This document shows, one piece after another, positions 1-9,095 of a stretch of DNA of 64,000 bases; the stretch's first letter is position 1, and each line of letters begins with the position of its first letter. The notes below the pieces were generated by a model. It saw nothing but the letters and a program-made list of their open reading frames with translations, did not search any database and had not been told where the DNA came from. The stretch is from Candidatus Omnitrophota bacterium (lineage in GTDB: Bacteria; Omnitrophota; Omnitrophia; Omnitrophales; Aquincolibacteriaceae): the NCBI GenBank assembly GCA_043821445.1, contig JBDRCT010000010.1, positions 566-64,565 on the forward strand. The letters run 5' to 3'. The position numbers were made by a program, and so were the translations under genes.

Positions 1-540
1 GCTATTGAGATTAATCCTAAAAACGATAAACCCTATGTTGCATTAGGATGGCTTTATCAAGAGCGAGGCGACTTCTCCCAAGCCGAGGATTCCTACAGGA
101 AAGCTATTGAGATTAATCCTGAAAACGAGCACCTGCTTGGAGCAATGCCTTCATTGTATGAAAAAATGGATAACTCCGAACTGGCAAAAGAATATTTTAA
201 AAAAGCGAACCTGTTGAGAACAGAAAATTGTTCTGCAGTTACAGTAAACAGTTATCGAAAGCTCAAGGAGATTCTGGATGAAAAAGGGATTAAATTAGTT
301 TGTGTTCAGTACCCCATGCGCAATATAGAGCCACTCAAAAGGATCTTTGAGAGTGATAAAGGCGTTATCTTTGTCGATAATGAACGGATATTCAAGGACG
401 CGCTGAAGAAAGGACGTTACACGGAGTATTTTAAAGATATGTTTGCCATGGACTTTGGCCATTGCACTCGAAAGGGTAATATGCTTTTAGCCCAAAATAT
501 CGCTGATGTGATCCTCAAGGAAGTCTTTAACGAGTCGTAA
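1..540 (+). CDS. 3' part of a TPR-repeat/SGNH-hydrolase paralog (5' end lies outside the window). It ends with the SGNH block V-like motif DFGHCTRKGNMLLAQNIA.
   Basis: Frame 1 is open from base 1 to the TAA at 538-540. It translates to TPR units (AIEINPKNDKPYVALGWLYQ...) and a C-terminus almost identical to the three downstream paralogs. Confidence 0.85.
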   Translation, partial: AIEINPKNDKPYVALGWLYQERGDFSQAEDSYRKAIEINPENEHLLGAMPSLYEKMDNSELAKEYFKKANLLRTENCSAVTVNSYRKLKEILDEKGIKLVCVQYPMRNIEPLKRIFESDKGVIFVDNERIFKDALKKGRYTEYFKDMFAMDFGHCTRKGNMLLAQNIADVILKEVFNES

Positions 541-603
541 GACCGGCGTCGTGTCGATGATCGTTCTACTTGCTGGTTTAATGCAGAGCGTGTAAAAAAA
601 TTT

Positions 604-2268
604 ATGAATAACAGATTCATGAAAATGACAACCCCTATCTGGCAAAAAATAGCCCCCGTGCTATTGGGTTTGATTTTATCTCTCGCGCTTCTTGAGGCAG
701 GCCTGCGCTTAGGCGGGTTTATTTTTTCTTCAATACAAGCGTACGAAAATTTTCAATCCACAAAACAAAAAGGTACCTATCGTATTCTTTGTCTTGGGGA
801 GTCGACCACTCAAAGACAATACCCTCATCTTCTCGAGAAGGTCTTGAACCAGCGAAATATCGGAGTACGCTTCAGCGTTATCGATAAAGGGAGAGCAGTG
901 ATGAACACTATTACTCTGCTGGAGGGAATAGAATCTAATTTGGCTGAGTACCGTCCCGATATGGTGGTTGCGATGATGGGGATTAATGATCAAGGGACCA
1001 AATATTATCATACTATACCGAAGTCTGACACTTGGTTATTTAGGCACTGCCGAACCTATCGATTCGGTCGTATCCTCTTCATGCATATTTTAAAAAAGAT
1101 CAAACGAGAGGACATCGATGGATCCAACAAAGTAGATTCAAAAAGAAAAGCCCGGCCCAAAAATGCTGCGACTGTTTCTAAAAAAGCATATCTTTCGAAT
1201 GAAACATCCGTGAAGAAAGTTACCCAATTAAATTTGAAAGACGCAAAGGGAACCTACGGACCCCGAAGCCCTTCTCTAAGCCGTAGCGGGTTTGCTGAGA
1301 CTGAGGAATCCTTAAAGAAGGCCATTGAGCTTAATCCGGAAAACGATAAAGCCTATGTTGCATTAGGGTGGCTTTATCGAGATCAAAACAGATTAATCGA
1401 AGCCGAAGCCTCTCTCAAAAAAGCTATAGAGCTTAATCCTAAAAATGAGAATGCCCACGTAGATTTAGGGGGGCTTTATAAAAACCAGGGCAAATTCCAC
1501 CAAGCCGAGGATTGCTACAAGAAAGTCATCGAGATTAATCCTGGAAACGATAATACCTATGTTGAATTTGGGTGGCTTTATCGAGTTCAAGGAAACTTCA
1601 TCCTAGCTGAAGCCTTTTTTAGAAAAGCTCTAGAACTTAATCCTAAAAACGAGCATGCCTGCAATAGATTAGGATGGCTCTACTCCGATCAAGGCAAATT
1701 CGCTTTAGCAGAAGACTTCTACAAGAAAGCCGTCGCCCTTGATCCTAAGAACGACAATTCCTACTTTGCGTTAGGAGTGCTTTATCGGGATCATAGCCGA
1801 TTATCCCAGGCTGAAGATTCCTTCAGGAGGGCTTTCGAGATTAATCCTGACAACGAGCGTGCGCTTGGGGCCATGTCATCCTTGTACGAACAAATGGGTA
1901 AGCCCGAACTGGCAAAAGAATATGCCGAAAGGGCGAACGGGTTGAGATCAGAAGAGTGTTCTGCCGTTACAGTGAACAACTATCGAAAACTGAAAGATAT
2001 CCTGGACAGAAAAGGGATCAAACTTGTTTGCGTGCAGTATCCCGTGCGCAATGTGGAGCCACTCAAGAGAATCTTTGAGAAAGATAAAGGCGTTATCTTT
2101 GTCGATAATGAACGGGTATTCAAGGATGCGTTGAGAAAAGGAAGTTATAAAGAGTATTTTAAGGATATGTTTGCCGGTGACTTTGGCCATTGCACTCGAA
2201 AAGGCAATATGCTTTTAGCTCAAAATATCGCCGATGTGATCCTCAAGGAAGTCTTTAACAAGGAGTAA
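604..2268 (+). CDS. membrane-anchored SGNH/GDSL-family hydrolase with a TPR-repeat array inserted between catalytic blocks III and V (paralog 2)
   Basis: There is an N-terminal TM helix. Block I is LCLGESTT, block III is MMGINDQG, a K/S-rich linker follows, then about 8 TPR units (ALGWLYRDQ..AE..KKAIELNP), then block V GDFGHCTRKGNMLLAQNIADVI. Confidence 0.85.
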   Translation: MNNRFMKMTTPIWQKIAPVLLGLILSLALLEAGLRLGGFIFSSIQAYENFQSTKQKGTYRILCLGESTTQRQYPHLLEKVLNQRNIGVRFSVIDKGRAVMNTITLLEGIESNLAEYRPDMVVAMMGINDQGTKYYHTIPKSDTWLFRHCRTYRFGRILFMHILKKIKREDIDGSNKVDSKRKARPKNAATVSKKAYLSNETSVKKVTQLNLKDAKGTYGPRSPSLSRSGFAETEESLKKAIELNPENDKAYVALGWLYRDQNRLIEAEASLKKAIELNPKNENAHVDLGGLYKNQGKFHQAEDCYKKVIEINPGNDNTYVEFGWLYRVQGNFILAEAFFRKALELNPKNEHACNRLGWLYSDQGKFALAEDFYKKAVALDPKNDNSYFALGVLYRDHSRLSQAEDSFRRAFEINPDNERALGAMSSLYEQMGKPELAKEYAERANGLRSEECSAVTVNNYRKLKDILDRKGIKLVCVQYPVRNVEPLKRIFEKDKGVIFVDNERVFKDALRKGSYKEYFKDMFAGDFGHCTRKGNMLLAQNIADVILKEVFNKE

Positions 2269-2319
2269 GACCGGCGTCGTGCCGATGATCGTTCTACTTG
2301 CGGGTTTAATTTAGGGTAC

Positions 2320-4203
2320 ATGACAACATTTATGAATAAAGACGATTTTACACACGGGGTGGTCTCGATCTTCCGGAAAACGGTCATTGTTCTATCCAGC
2401 CTGATCTTATCTCTTGCGCTTCTTGAGGCAGGCCTGCGACTGGGCGGGTTTATTCTGTCCTCCATACAGGGGTCCGAGAATTTAAGATCCATCAAACAGA
2501 AAGGCGCTTATCGTATTCTCTGCTTGGGGGAGTCGACCACTGCGGGACAATATCCTCATCTTCTCGAGCAAGTCTTGAACCAGCGCAATACCGGGGTGCG
2601 GTTCAGCGTTATCGATAAAGGCAAGAGTGCTATAGACACCAATTTCCTACTCAATCGAGTCGAATCTTATTTGACCGAGTATCATCCCGATATGGTCGTT
2701 GCGATGATGGGAATGAATGATCAGGGTGTCAAATATTATGAAGACATACCGGAGTCTGATACCTGGTTATTTAGGCACTGCCGAACCTATCGATTCGGTC
2801 GGATCCTGTGCATGCACCTTTTAAAGAAACTCTTGGAAAAGGATGTCTACGGTTCAGACAGGGCAGATGGGAGGAGAAAGTCCAAGCTGAACGGCAAAGG
2901 GACGGCTATTGAAAAAGCAAATCTTTCGAATGGAACATCCAAAGAGAAAATGACTCGATCAGATTTGAATGACGCCAAGAGAACACCCGGACCCTCAAGC
3001 TCTTATCTAAACGGCGGCAGGATTTCCAAGACCGAGGAATCCTTCAAGAAAGCCATCGAGCTTGATCCTGAAAATGATAAGGCCTACGTTGAAATGGGGC
3101 AGCTTTATCGAGAGCGAGGCGAATTCCCCCAAGCCGAAGATTTCTTAGGGAAAGCCATTTTGCTTGATCCGGGAAACGATAAGGCCTACGCCGAATTAGA
3201 GAAACTTTATCGACTTCAAAGCAGAGTATTCCAGGCCGAAGACTTCTTTAAGAAAGCGATTGAGCTTGATCCTAAAAGCGCTAATGCCTATGTTGGATTA
3301 GGGAGATGTTACCTGCTTCAGGAAAAATTCTCCCTTGCCGAAGACTCCTTCGAGAAAACTATTGAGATTGATCCAAAAAACGCCAACGCCTATGTTGGAT
3401 TTGGGTGGCTTGATCGATTTCAAGACAAATTCCCCCAGGCTGAAGACTCCTTTAAGAAAGCGATTGAGCTTGATCCTGAAAACGCTAATGCCTATGTTGG
3501 ATTAGGGTGGCTTTATCGATTTCTAGACAAATCATCCCAGGCTGAAGCTTCTTTCAAAAAAGCTATCGAGCTTAATCCTGAATATGCTAGGGCCTACACG
3601 GAATTAGGGCAGCTTCATCAAGAGCGAGGCCAATTCCAACAAGCCGAAGACTTCTTCTGGGAAGCCATCAAGCTTGATCCTGAAAACCAGAATGCGTATC
3701 TTCCATTAGGGGGGCTTTATCGGCTTCAGGACAAATTCTCTGAGGCTGAGGATGTATTTAAGAAAGCCATCGCGATTAATCCTGAAAACGATCGCATACT
3801 TGGAGCGATGGCGCTGTTATGCAAGGAAATAGGCAAGCCCGAGCTGGCCAAAGAATATGCTAAAAAGGTAAATGAGCTGAGATCAGAGTATTATGCCCCG
3901 GTGACAGTCAATAACTATCGCAAGCTCAAGGAAATCCTGGATAAAAAAAGCATCCAACTGGTCTGCGTGCAGTATCCCGTGCGCAATGTGGAGCCACTCA
4001 AGAGAATCTTCGCGAAAGACAAAGGCGTTTTTTTCGTCGATAACGAGCGGGTATTCAAGGAAGCAATAAAGCAATCAGGTTATAATGAATATTTTAGAGA
4101 TATGTTCGGCGGTGACTTTGGCCATTGCACTCCAAAGGGTAATATGCTTTTAGCTCAAAATATCGCCGATATGATCCTAAGAGAGGTATTTAACAAGCGG
4201 TAA
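2320..4203 (+). CDS. membrane-anchored SGNH/GDSL-family hydrolase with inserted TPR array (paralog 3)
   Basis: Same architecture as 604..2268 (LCLGESTT, MMGMNDQG, TPR units, DFGHCTPKGNMLLAQNIADMI). The conserved ATG at 2332 (MNKDDF) may be the true start. Confidence 0.85.
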   Translation: MTTFMNKDDFTHGVVSIFRKTVIVLSSLILSLALLEAGLRLGGFILSSIQGSENLRSIKQKGAYRILCLGESTTAGQYPHLLEQVLNQRNTGVRFSVIDKGKSAIDTNFLLNRVESYLTEYHPDMVVAMMGMNDQGVKYYEDIPESDTWLFRHCRTYRFGRILCMHLLKKLLEKDVYGSDRADGRRKSKLNGKGTAIEKANLSNGTSKEKMTRSDLNDAKRTPGPSSSYLNGGRISKTEESFKKAIELDPENDKAYVEMGQLYRERGEFPQAEDFLGKAILLDPGNDKAYAELEKLYRLQSRVFQAEDFFKKAIELDPKSANAYVGLGRCYLLQEKFSLAEDSFEKTIEIDPKNANAYVGFGWLDRFQDKFPQAEDSFKKAIELDPENANAYVGLGWLYRFLDKSSQAEASFKKAIELNPEYARAYTELGQLHQERGQFQQAEDFFWEAIKLDPENQNAYLPLGGLYRLQDKFSEAEDVFKKAIAINPENDRILGAMALLCKEIGKPELAKEYAKKVNELRSEYYAPVTVNNYRKLKEILDKKSIQLVCVQYPVRNVEPLKRIFAKDKGVFFVDNERVFKEAIKQSGYNEYFRDMFGGDFGHCTPKGNMLLAQNIADMILREVFNKR

Positions 4204-4283
4204 GATTATCAGTATGCCGGCGGTCGCTCAGCCTGTGGGTTGAATTCAGGGTGCGGAAAAAATTATAGAAAAACTCCTTTAAA

Positions 4284-6131
4284 ATGACAATTTTGACTTG
4301 GCGGAAAACAACCGTAGGGTTCCTTAGGATAATTTTGTTTTTTGTGCTCTTGGAGATGGGATTGCGTTTTGGCGGGTTTGTCATGTTTTCGATACGAGAG
4401 TACGGAAATGTACAGTCCATAAAACAAAACGGCGCCTATCGCATTCTCTGCTTAGGAGAGTCCACCACCCGGGGACAATACCCTCATTTTCTCGAACAAA
4501 TCCTAAACCGGCGTAATGCCGGGGTGCGTTTCAACGTCATAGATAAAGGCAACGTCGCTGCAAACACCCTCTTTATATTAAATCAAATAGAATCTTATTT
4601 GGCCGAGTACCGTCCCGATATGGTCGTTGCAATGATGGGGAACAATGATGAGGGCATCAAATATTTCCAGGATATATCCGAGGCCGACACAGGGATCTTC
4701 CGGGATTGCCGGATCTATCGATTCGGCAGGATCCTCTATAGGTACCTTTTGCAGAAGATCAAGCGAGAGCACATCAATAAATCCAACAAAATGGATTCAA
4801 GTAGAAAAACCAAGTCAGAAGATGCGGGGAACGCTTCCAAAAGAGCAAATCTTTCGAATGAAACATCCGCAGAGAAAATAACAAAGTTAGATTTTAGGGG
4901 AAATGAAGCGAACCCCGGACCGAGAAGCTCTTATTTGAACCGCAGCAGGCTTCCTGAGGCCAAGAAATTGGCAGGGAAGGCCGCCGAGCTCCATCCGAAA
5001 AACGAAAATATTTATCTTAGATTAGGGGGGCTTTTTCGAGAGCAAGGCGAATTTCTCAAGGCCGAAAACTCTTTTAAGAAAGCCATCGAGATTGATCCTG
5101 AAAACGATGATGCCTGCATTGAATTGGGACGGCTTTATCTCGACCGTGGCAATTTATCACTAGCCGAAGATTCGTTTAAGAAAGCTATCGAGATTAATCC
5201 TGAAAGCAATAAGGCCTACGTGGATTTAGGGAGGCTTCATCGAGAGCAAGGTGAATTCCCCCGAGCCGAAGATTTATTCAAGAAAGCCATTGAGATTAAT
5301 CCTGAAAATGATGCGATCCGCGTGGATCTAGGGACGCTTTATCGCGATCAAGGGAAGTTTGTTCAAGCCGAAAATCTATTTAAGAAAGCTATCGAACTTA
5401 ATCCCCAAAATAATCACGCTTATGGCGAACTAGGAAGGCTTTATCAAATTCAATTTAAAAAATCCGAACTCGGAGACCTCTTTAAGAAAGCTATCGAGCT
5501 TAATCCGGAAAACGATTACGCCTACTTTGAATTAGGGTGCCTTTATAAAGAACAAAGGGAGTTCTTTCAAGCCGAAAACCTATTTACGAAAACCATTGAG
5601 CTTAATCCGGAAAATGATCTTGCCTACGCTGAATTGGGCCGGCTTTATCGAGAACAAGGCAAATTGCCTCAAGCCGAAGACATGTTTAAGAAAGCTATCG
5701 AACTTGATCCTAAAAATGAGCGCGTGCTTAGGGCCATGTCATCGTTATACGAAGAGACAGGCAAACCCGAACTAGCGAAAGAATATACTGAAAAGGCAAG
5801 CAGGTTGAGATCAGCGCGTTATGCTGCGATCACAGTTAATAACTTTCGAAAGCTGAAAAAAATCCTGGATAGAGAAGGGATCAAACTGGTTTGTGTGCAG
5901 TATCCTTTACGTAATGTGGAACCGTTAAAGAAAATATTCGAGAACGATAAGGGCGTTATCTTTGTAGATAATGAGAGCGTATTCAAGGAAGCACTGAAGA
6001 AAGATAGCTACAAAGAGTATTTTTGGGATATGTTCGCCGGTGACTTCGGCCATTGCACCCCCAAAGGCAATTTGCTTTTAGCTCAAAATATCGCCGATGT
6101 GATCCTTAAGGAAGTATTTAACAAGCAGTAA
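4284..6131 (+). CDS. membrane-anchored SGNH/GDSL-family hydrolase with inserted TPR array (paralog 4)
   Basis: Same architecture (LCLGESTT, MMGNNDEG, TPR units, GDFGHCTPKGNLLLAQNIADVI). Confidence 0.85.
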   Translation: MTILTWRKTTVGFLRIILFFVLLEMGLRFGGFVMFSIREYGNVQSIKQNGAYRILCLGESTTRGQYPHFLEQILNRRNAGVRFNVIDKGNVAANTLFILNQIESYLAEYRPDMVVAMMGNNDEGIKYFQDISEADTGIFRDCRIYRFGRILYRYLLQKIKREHINKSNKMDSSRKTKSEDAGNASKRANLSNETSAEKITKLDFRGNEANPGPRSSYLNRSRLPEAKKLAGKAAELHPKNENIYLRLGGLFREQGEFLKAENSFKKAIEIDPENDDACIELGRLYLDRGNLSLAEDSFKKAIEINPESNKAYVDLGRLHREQGEFPRAEDLFKKAIEINPENDAIRVDLGTLYRDQGKFVQAENLFKKAIELNPQNNHAYGELGRLYQIQFKKSELGDLFKKAIELNPENDYAYFELGCLYKEQREFFQAENLFTKTIELNPENDLAYAELGRLYREQGKLPQAEDMFKKAIELDPKNERVLRAMSSLYEETGKPELAKEYTEKASRLRSARYAAITVNNFRKLKKILDREGIKLVCVQYPLRNVEPLKKIFENDKGVIFVDNESVFKEALKKDSYKEYFWDMFAGDFGHCTPKGNLLLAQNIADVILKEVFNKQ

Positions 6132-6141
6132 GATCAGCAAC

Positions 6142-7902
6142 TTGCGGAGAGTCAAAAAAATGTCAAGGGGCGGTGTTCCTGGTGAGAAAATAAAAGAAGA
6201 TCGTCTCTCGTGGATTGCCTTGCTGTTGCTTTTTGCATTTCATGTCATCAATAACATGGTGATCATTTTTCAGGATTCGACGCCTTTCATAGCCGATGCT
6301 TCCGATTATTATAAAATTAGTTTTTTTTATTGGAAAGGATGGATGGATTTTATCAATAGTGGGGATTTTTATTTTCTCCATTCCATCCTACGCACGGGGA
6401 ACGGCGGACAACTCGCCGCCCTTCTGGCGATCCCTTTTTTCTCCGTCTTTGGCGTGAGCCATGATGTCGCTATTTTGGCGAACCAAGCGTTCTTCCTGAT
6501 CCTCCTGCTCAGTATATTCGGGCTAGGCAAGATCTTATGGGGTCGCACGACAGGACTCTTGGCGGCTTTTATAATCTCGTTCTATCTCGGAGTGGTTGGT
6601 TTTTCCAGGGTCTATATGCTGGAATTCCCTATCCTGGCGATCTCAACGGCGTGCGTGTATTTGCTGATCAAATCAGAGGGGTTCAAGAATTTCAAATATT
6701 CTTTGTGTTTCGGTTTTGTATTGGCCATGGGCGAGTTATTAAGACCCCGGTTCGTCGTTTATATTGTTGTCCCCGTCCTTTTTTATGTGATCAAGAACAT
6801 CGTCATTCTTTTAAGACGAACAGAGGTTTTGGCGTCAATCTCGGTAAAAAAGATAGCGATCAATATCCTTACTTCAGCCGTTCTTTCGTGCCTTATCCTC
6901 CTTCCGTGGTATCCCATGGACAAGATCTCCGAATACTTCAGGATCCAGATATTATGGTCAACATGGCCAGCTCTTTCAAAGATCGGTCCAACATTACCCC
7001 ACTATCTGCAGATGTTATGGGAGGTGAATTTGGGTTGGTTTTTTACGTTTCTATTTTTTCTGGGGCTGGCGATTTCTTTGTTCGAGAAAAACAAAAGACC
7101 CAAGATCTATTTTCTTCTCGTGTGGATTGCGCTTACATTGATTCTTGTTGCCATGTTTGGATTGAAAAATTTTTTCCGGCTCGAAATTCCTTTATTGGCT
7201 CCCATGGCCCTTATATCCGCTGCGGGGATGGAAGGGCTATCCAAACGGAAGATCGGCAAGTATCTCGTGGTTGCCTTTTTGATCTTGGGGATATTTCAAT
7301 ATTTTTTTATCTCTTATGGCAATCAGTTCGTTGATGGGAAAGAGGAACGCCAGCGTTTGGAGGAAATATCTTTGTCGCGAGGGTTGTTGCAAGCTGCGCG
7401 TCACGATTGGTCCCTGGATGAGCTCATGTCTACATTTGAAGAGCGCAGGAATTCAAATAAAGAATGGGACTGGCGATTTATAAATGCAAACCGTATCTAT
7501 CTGATGGGGGGGAGTTTTCGTCCATTGACAGACGATCTTATCAAAGTTTTAAATGCCGATCTTCGGGGTTCGCTTATTAACAATGAAATGGAAGAAAGGA
7601 TTCTCATCGGTGGGCTCCCCATCGTTGTTATGGGCTTGTATACAGACCAGTTCAACTGCAACATATTATTTTCGGATAAAGAGCTTCAACATATCGTACT
7701 TGGCGCGGATTATGTCATGAGATATAAAGCAAAGTGGCCTGAAGGGAGCTTTATTGATAAGATCCTTGATATTTTTGATGCCAATATCTCGCGATTTGAA
7801 AAGCTAAAGATCGTGGAGACACCCCGGGGTGAAATTTCGATCTACGGAAGGAAAAAAGAAGATGCGAGCGGCGGTCATCCCATGACAGGCGCCACTCTCT
7901 GA
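6142..7902 (+). CDS. polytopic membrane protein, GT-C-like glycosyltransferase candidate (ArnT/PMT-family-like)
   Basis: About 11-12 predicted TM helices fill the first ~390 aa. The first extracytoplasmic loop carries an acidic motif (FIADASDYY). A ~200 aa soluble C-terminal domain follows. The family assignment rests on topology and motif only. Confidence 0.45.
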   Translation: MRRVKKMSRGGVPGEKIKEDRLSWIALLLLFAFHVINNMVIIFQDSTPFIADASDYYKISFFYWKGWMDFINSGDFYFLHSILRTGNGGQLAALLAIPFFSVFGVSHDVAILANQAFFLILLLSIFGLGKILWGRTTGLLAAFIISFYLGVVGFSRVYMLEFPILAISTACVYLLIKSEGFKNFKYSLCFGFVLAMGELLRPRFVVYIVVPVLFYVIKNIVILLRRTEVLASISVKKIAINILTSAVLSCLILLPWYPMDKISEYFRIQILWSTWPALSKIGPTLPHYLQMLWEVNLGWFFTFLFFLGLAISLFEKNKRPKIYFLLVWIALTLILVAMFGLKNFFRLEIPLLAPMALISAAGMEGLSKRKIGKYLVVAFLILGIFQYFFISYGNQFVDGKEERQRLEEISLSRGLLQAARHDWSLDELMSTFEERRNSNKEWDWRFINANRIYLMGGSFRPLTDDLIKVLNADLRGSLINNEMEERILIGGLPIVVMGLYTDQFNCNILFSDKELQHIVLGADYVMRYKAKWPEGSFIDKILDIFDANISRFEKLKIVETPRGEISIYGRKKEDASGGHPMTGATL

Positions 7903-7935
7903 GCCGCGGAAAAACTCCTAAAAAAGGAAGAAAAG

Positions 7936-8250
7936 ATGCAGGAATTTAAAAATGTGACGATTGTAAAAAAAGTGAATAGCTATTTTGAAGGGAAAGCGAC
8001 GAGTCGCACTGTTCTCTTTCCCGATGGTTCCAAAAAAACACTAGGCGTCATGCTGCCCGGAGCGTATGAATTCAGGACCGCCGAGAAGGAGATCATAGAG
8101 ATCTTTTCCGGAAATTCGGAAGTTCAACTCCCGGGCTCGGTGGAGTGCCAAACTGTTAAAGGCGGTTCGTCTTTCGAAGTTTCGGCACAGTCCGAGTTCA
8201 GGCTTAAGGTCAGCGAACTCACGGACTACTGTTGCTCGTTTATCAGTTAG
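7936..8250 (+). CDS. ppnP: pyrimidine/purine nucleoside phosphorylase PpnP (YaiE/DUF1255 cupin)
   Basis: A 104 aa protein with the overall pattern of YaiE/PpnP (N-term ..NSYFEGK, C-term HSEF.L.V.E.T.Y.C). Confidence 0.6.
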   Translation: MQEFKNVTIVKKVNSYFEGKATSRTVLFPDGSKKTLGVMLPGAYEFRTAEKEIIEIFSGNSEVQLPGSVECQTVKGGSSFEVSAQSEFRLKVSELTDYCCSFIS

Positions 8251-8436
8251 CTTCCGGGAGGATCTTCTGCGGATCTTGGACCCAACCCGTCCGTCACAAA
8301 CGCCAAACAAAAAGCGGTTTTTTAAAACGATCCCTACTACGTGCTTCCGGACATTATGATATAATTCCGCCATGGCGCCCGAGTCTTTGTTTTCTTTTTA
8401 TGGATGGCGACTTAGACAATAAAGGGAAATCATGGC

Positions 8437-8503
8437 GTCCTCGTTCACCGCAGGTATTTTTGAATTGAAAACGAGGACAGTCATGATTTTCAATTCTTTT
8501 TTA
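8437..8503 (+). promoter_or_regulatory. candidate attenuator/terminator hairpins in the def leader
   Basis: Stem gtcctcgtt (8437-8445) pairs with aacgaggac (8470-8478). This overlaps the left arm of a second hairpin gaattgaaaa (8462-8471) / ttttcaattc (8487-8496) that is followed by a T-run. A 25-codon ORF (8432..8509, MASSFTAGIFELKTRTVMIFNSFLN) with an AGGGA RBS spans both hairpins. Confidence 0.3.
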
Positions 8504-8518
8504 AATTAAAGAGAAATC

Positions 8519-9022
8519 ATGGCAAAACTCAAGATCCGGACTTATCCCGATCCCGTCCTCAAGAAAAAAGCGGCGCCCGTGACCGATTTCGGACCCGCGA
8601 TGCAGAAGCTTTTTACCGACATGATCGAGACCATGCATGCTTCTGACGGCGTGGGTCTCGCCGCGCCCCAGATCGGGACCTCTCAGCAAATTTTCATTGC
8701 CTGCCCGACCATGCGCCGAGGCGAAGAGTACGTCATGGTGAACGCCGTGATCGAGAAAAAGTGGGGAACATCGGTCGCCCCCGAAGGGTGTTTGAGTCTG
8801 CCCGGGATCTCCGGCGAGATCGTGCGCGCCGCCAAACTCCGGCTGTCCGTTCAAGATCGCCGCGGAAGGAAATGTCTGGTCGAAATCGAAGATTTTTTTG
8901 CCCGCGTCATCCAGCACGAAATGGACCACTTGAACGGGGTCCTCCTGATCGATCATTTCAAAGGTGCGGTGCGGGAACGATTGATCGAAAATTATTACAC
9001 CCTGAAGAATAAAGGCATGTAA
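8519..9022 (+). CDS. def: peptide deformylase
   Basis: Motifs GLAAPQIG, EGCLSLPG and QHEMDHLNG are present. Confidence 0.95.
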   Translation: MAKLKIRTYPDPVLKKKAAPVTDFGPAMQKLFTDMIETMHASDGVGLAAPQIGTSQQIFIACPTMRRGEEYVMVNAVIEKKWGTSVAPEGCLSLPGISGEIVRAAKLRLSVQDRRGRKCLVEIEDFFARVIQHEMDHLNGVLLIDHFKGAVRERLIENYYTLKNKGM

Positions 9023-9095
9023 CTGGCGCAAAGCTCAAAACGCAAAGTAGCCATCACCCCTTGCGCCTTGGCCTTTATGCCACGGATAGGTCTCT

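Noticed and set aside
6537-7334. 265 aa alternative-frame ORF inside the GT-C-like membrane protein gene
   Set aside because: It overlaps a 586 aa ORF with coherent TM-helix periodicity, and the alternative frame has no recognisable features.
8501-9031. 176 aa - strand ORF antisense to def, the 110 aa - strand ORF over ppnP, and the Arg-rich + ORF 9536..10012 inside fmt
   Set aside because: These are antisense or overlapping-frame ORFs of clearly conserved genes. They have high GC-skewed composition and no homology signal.
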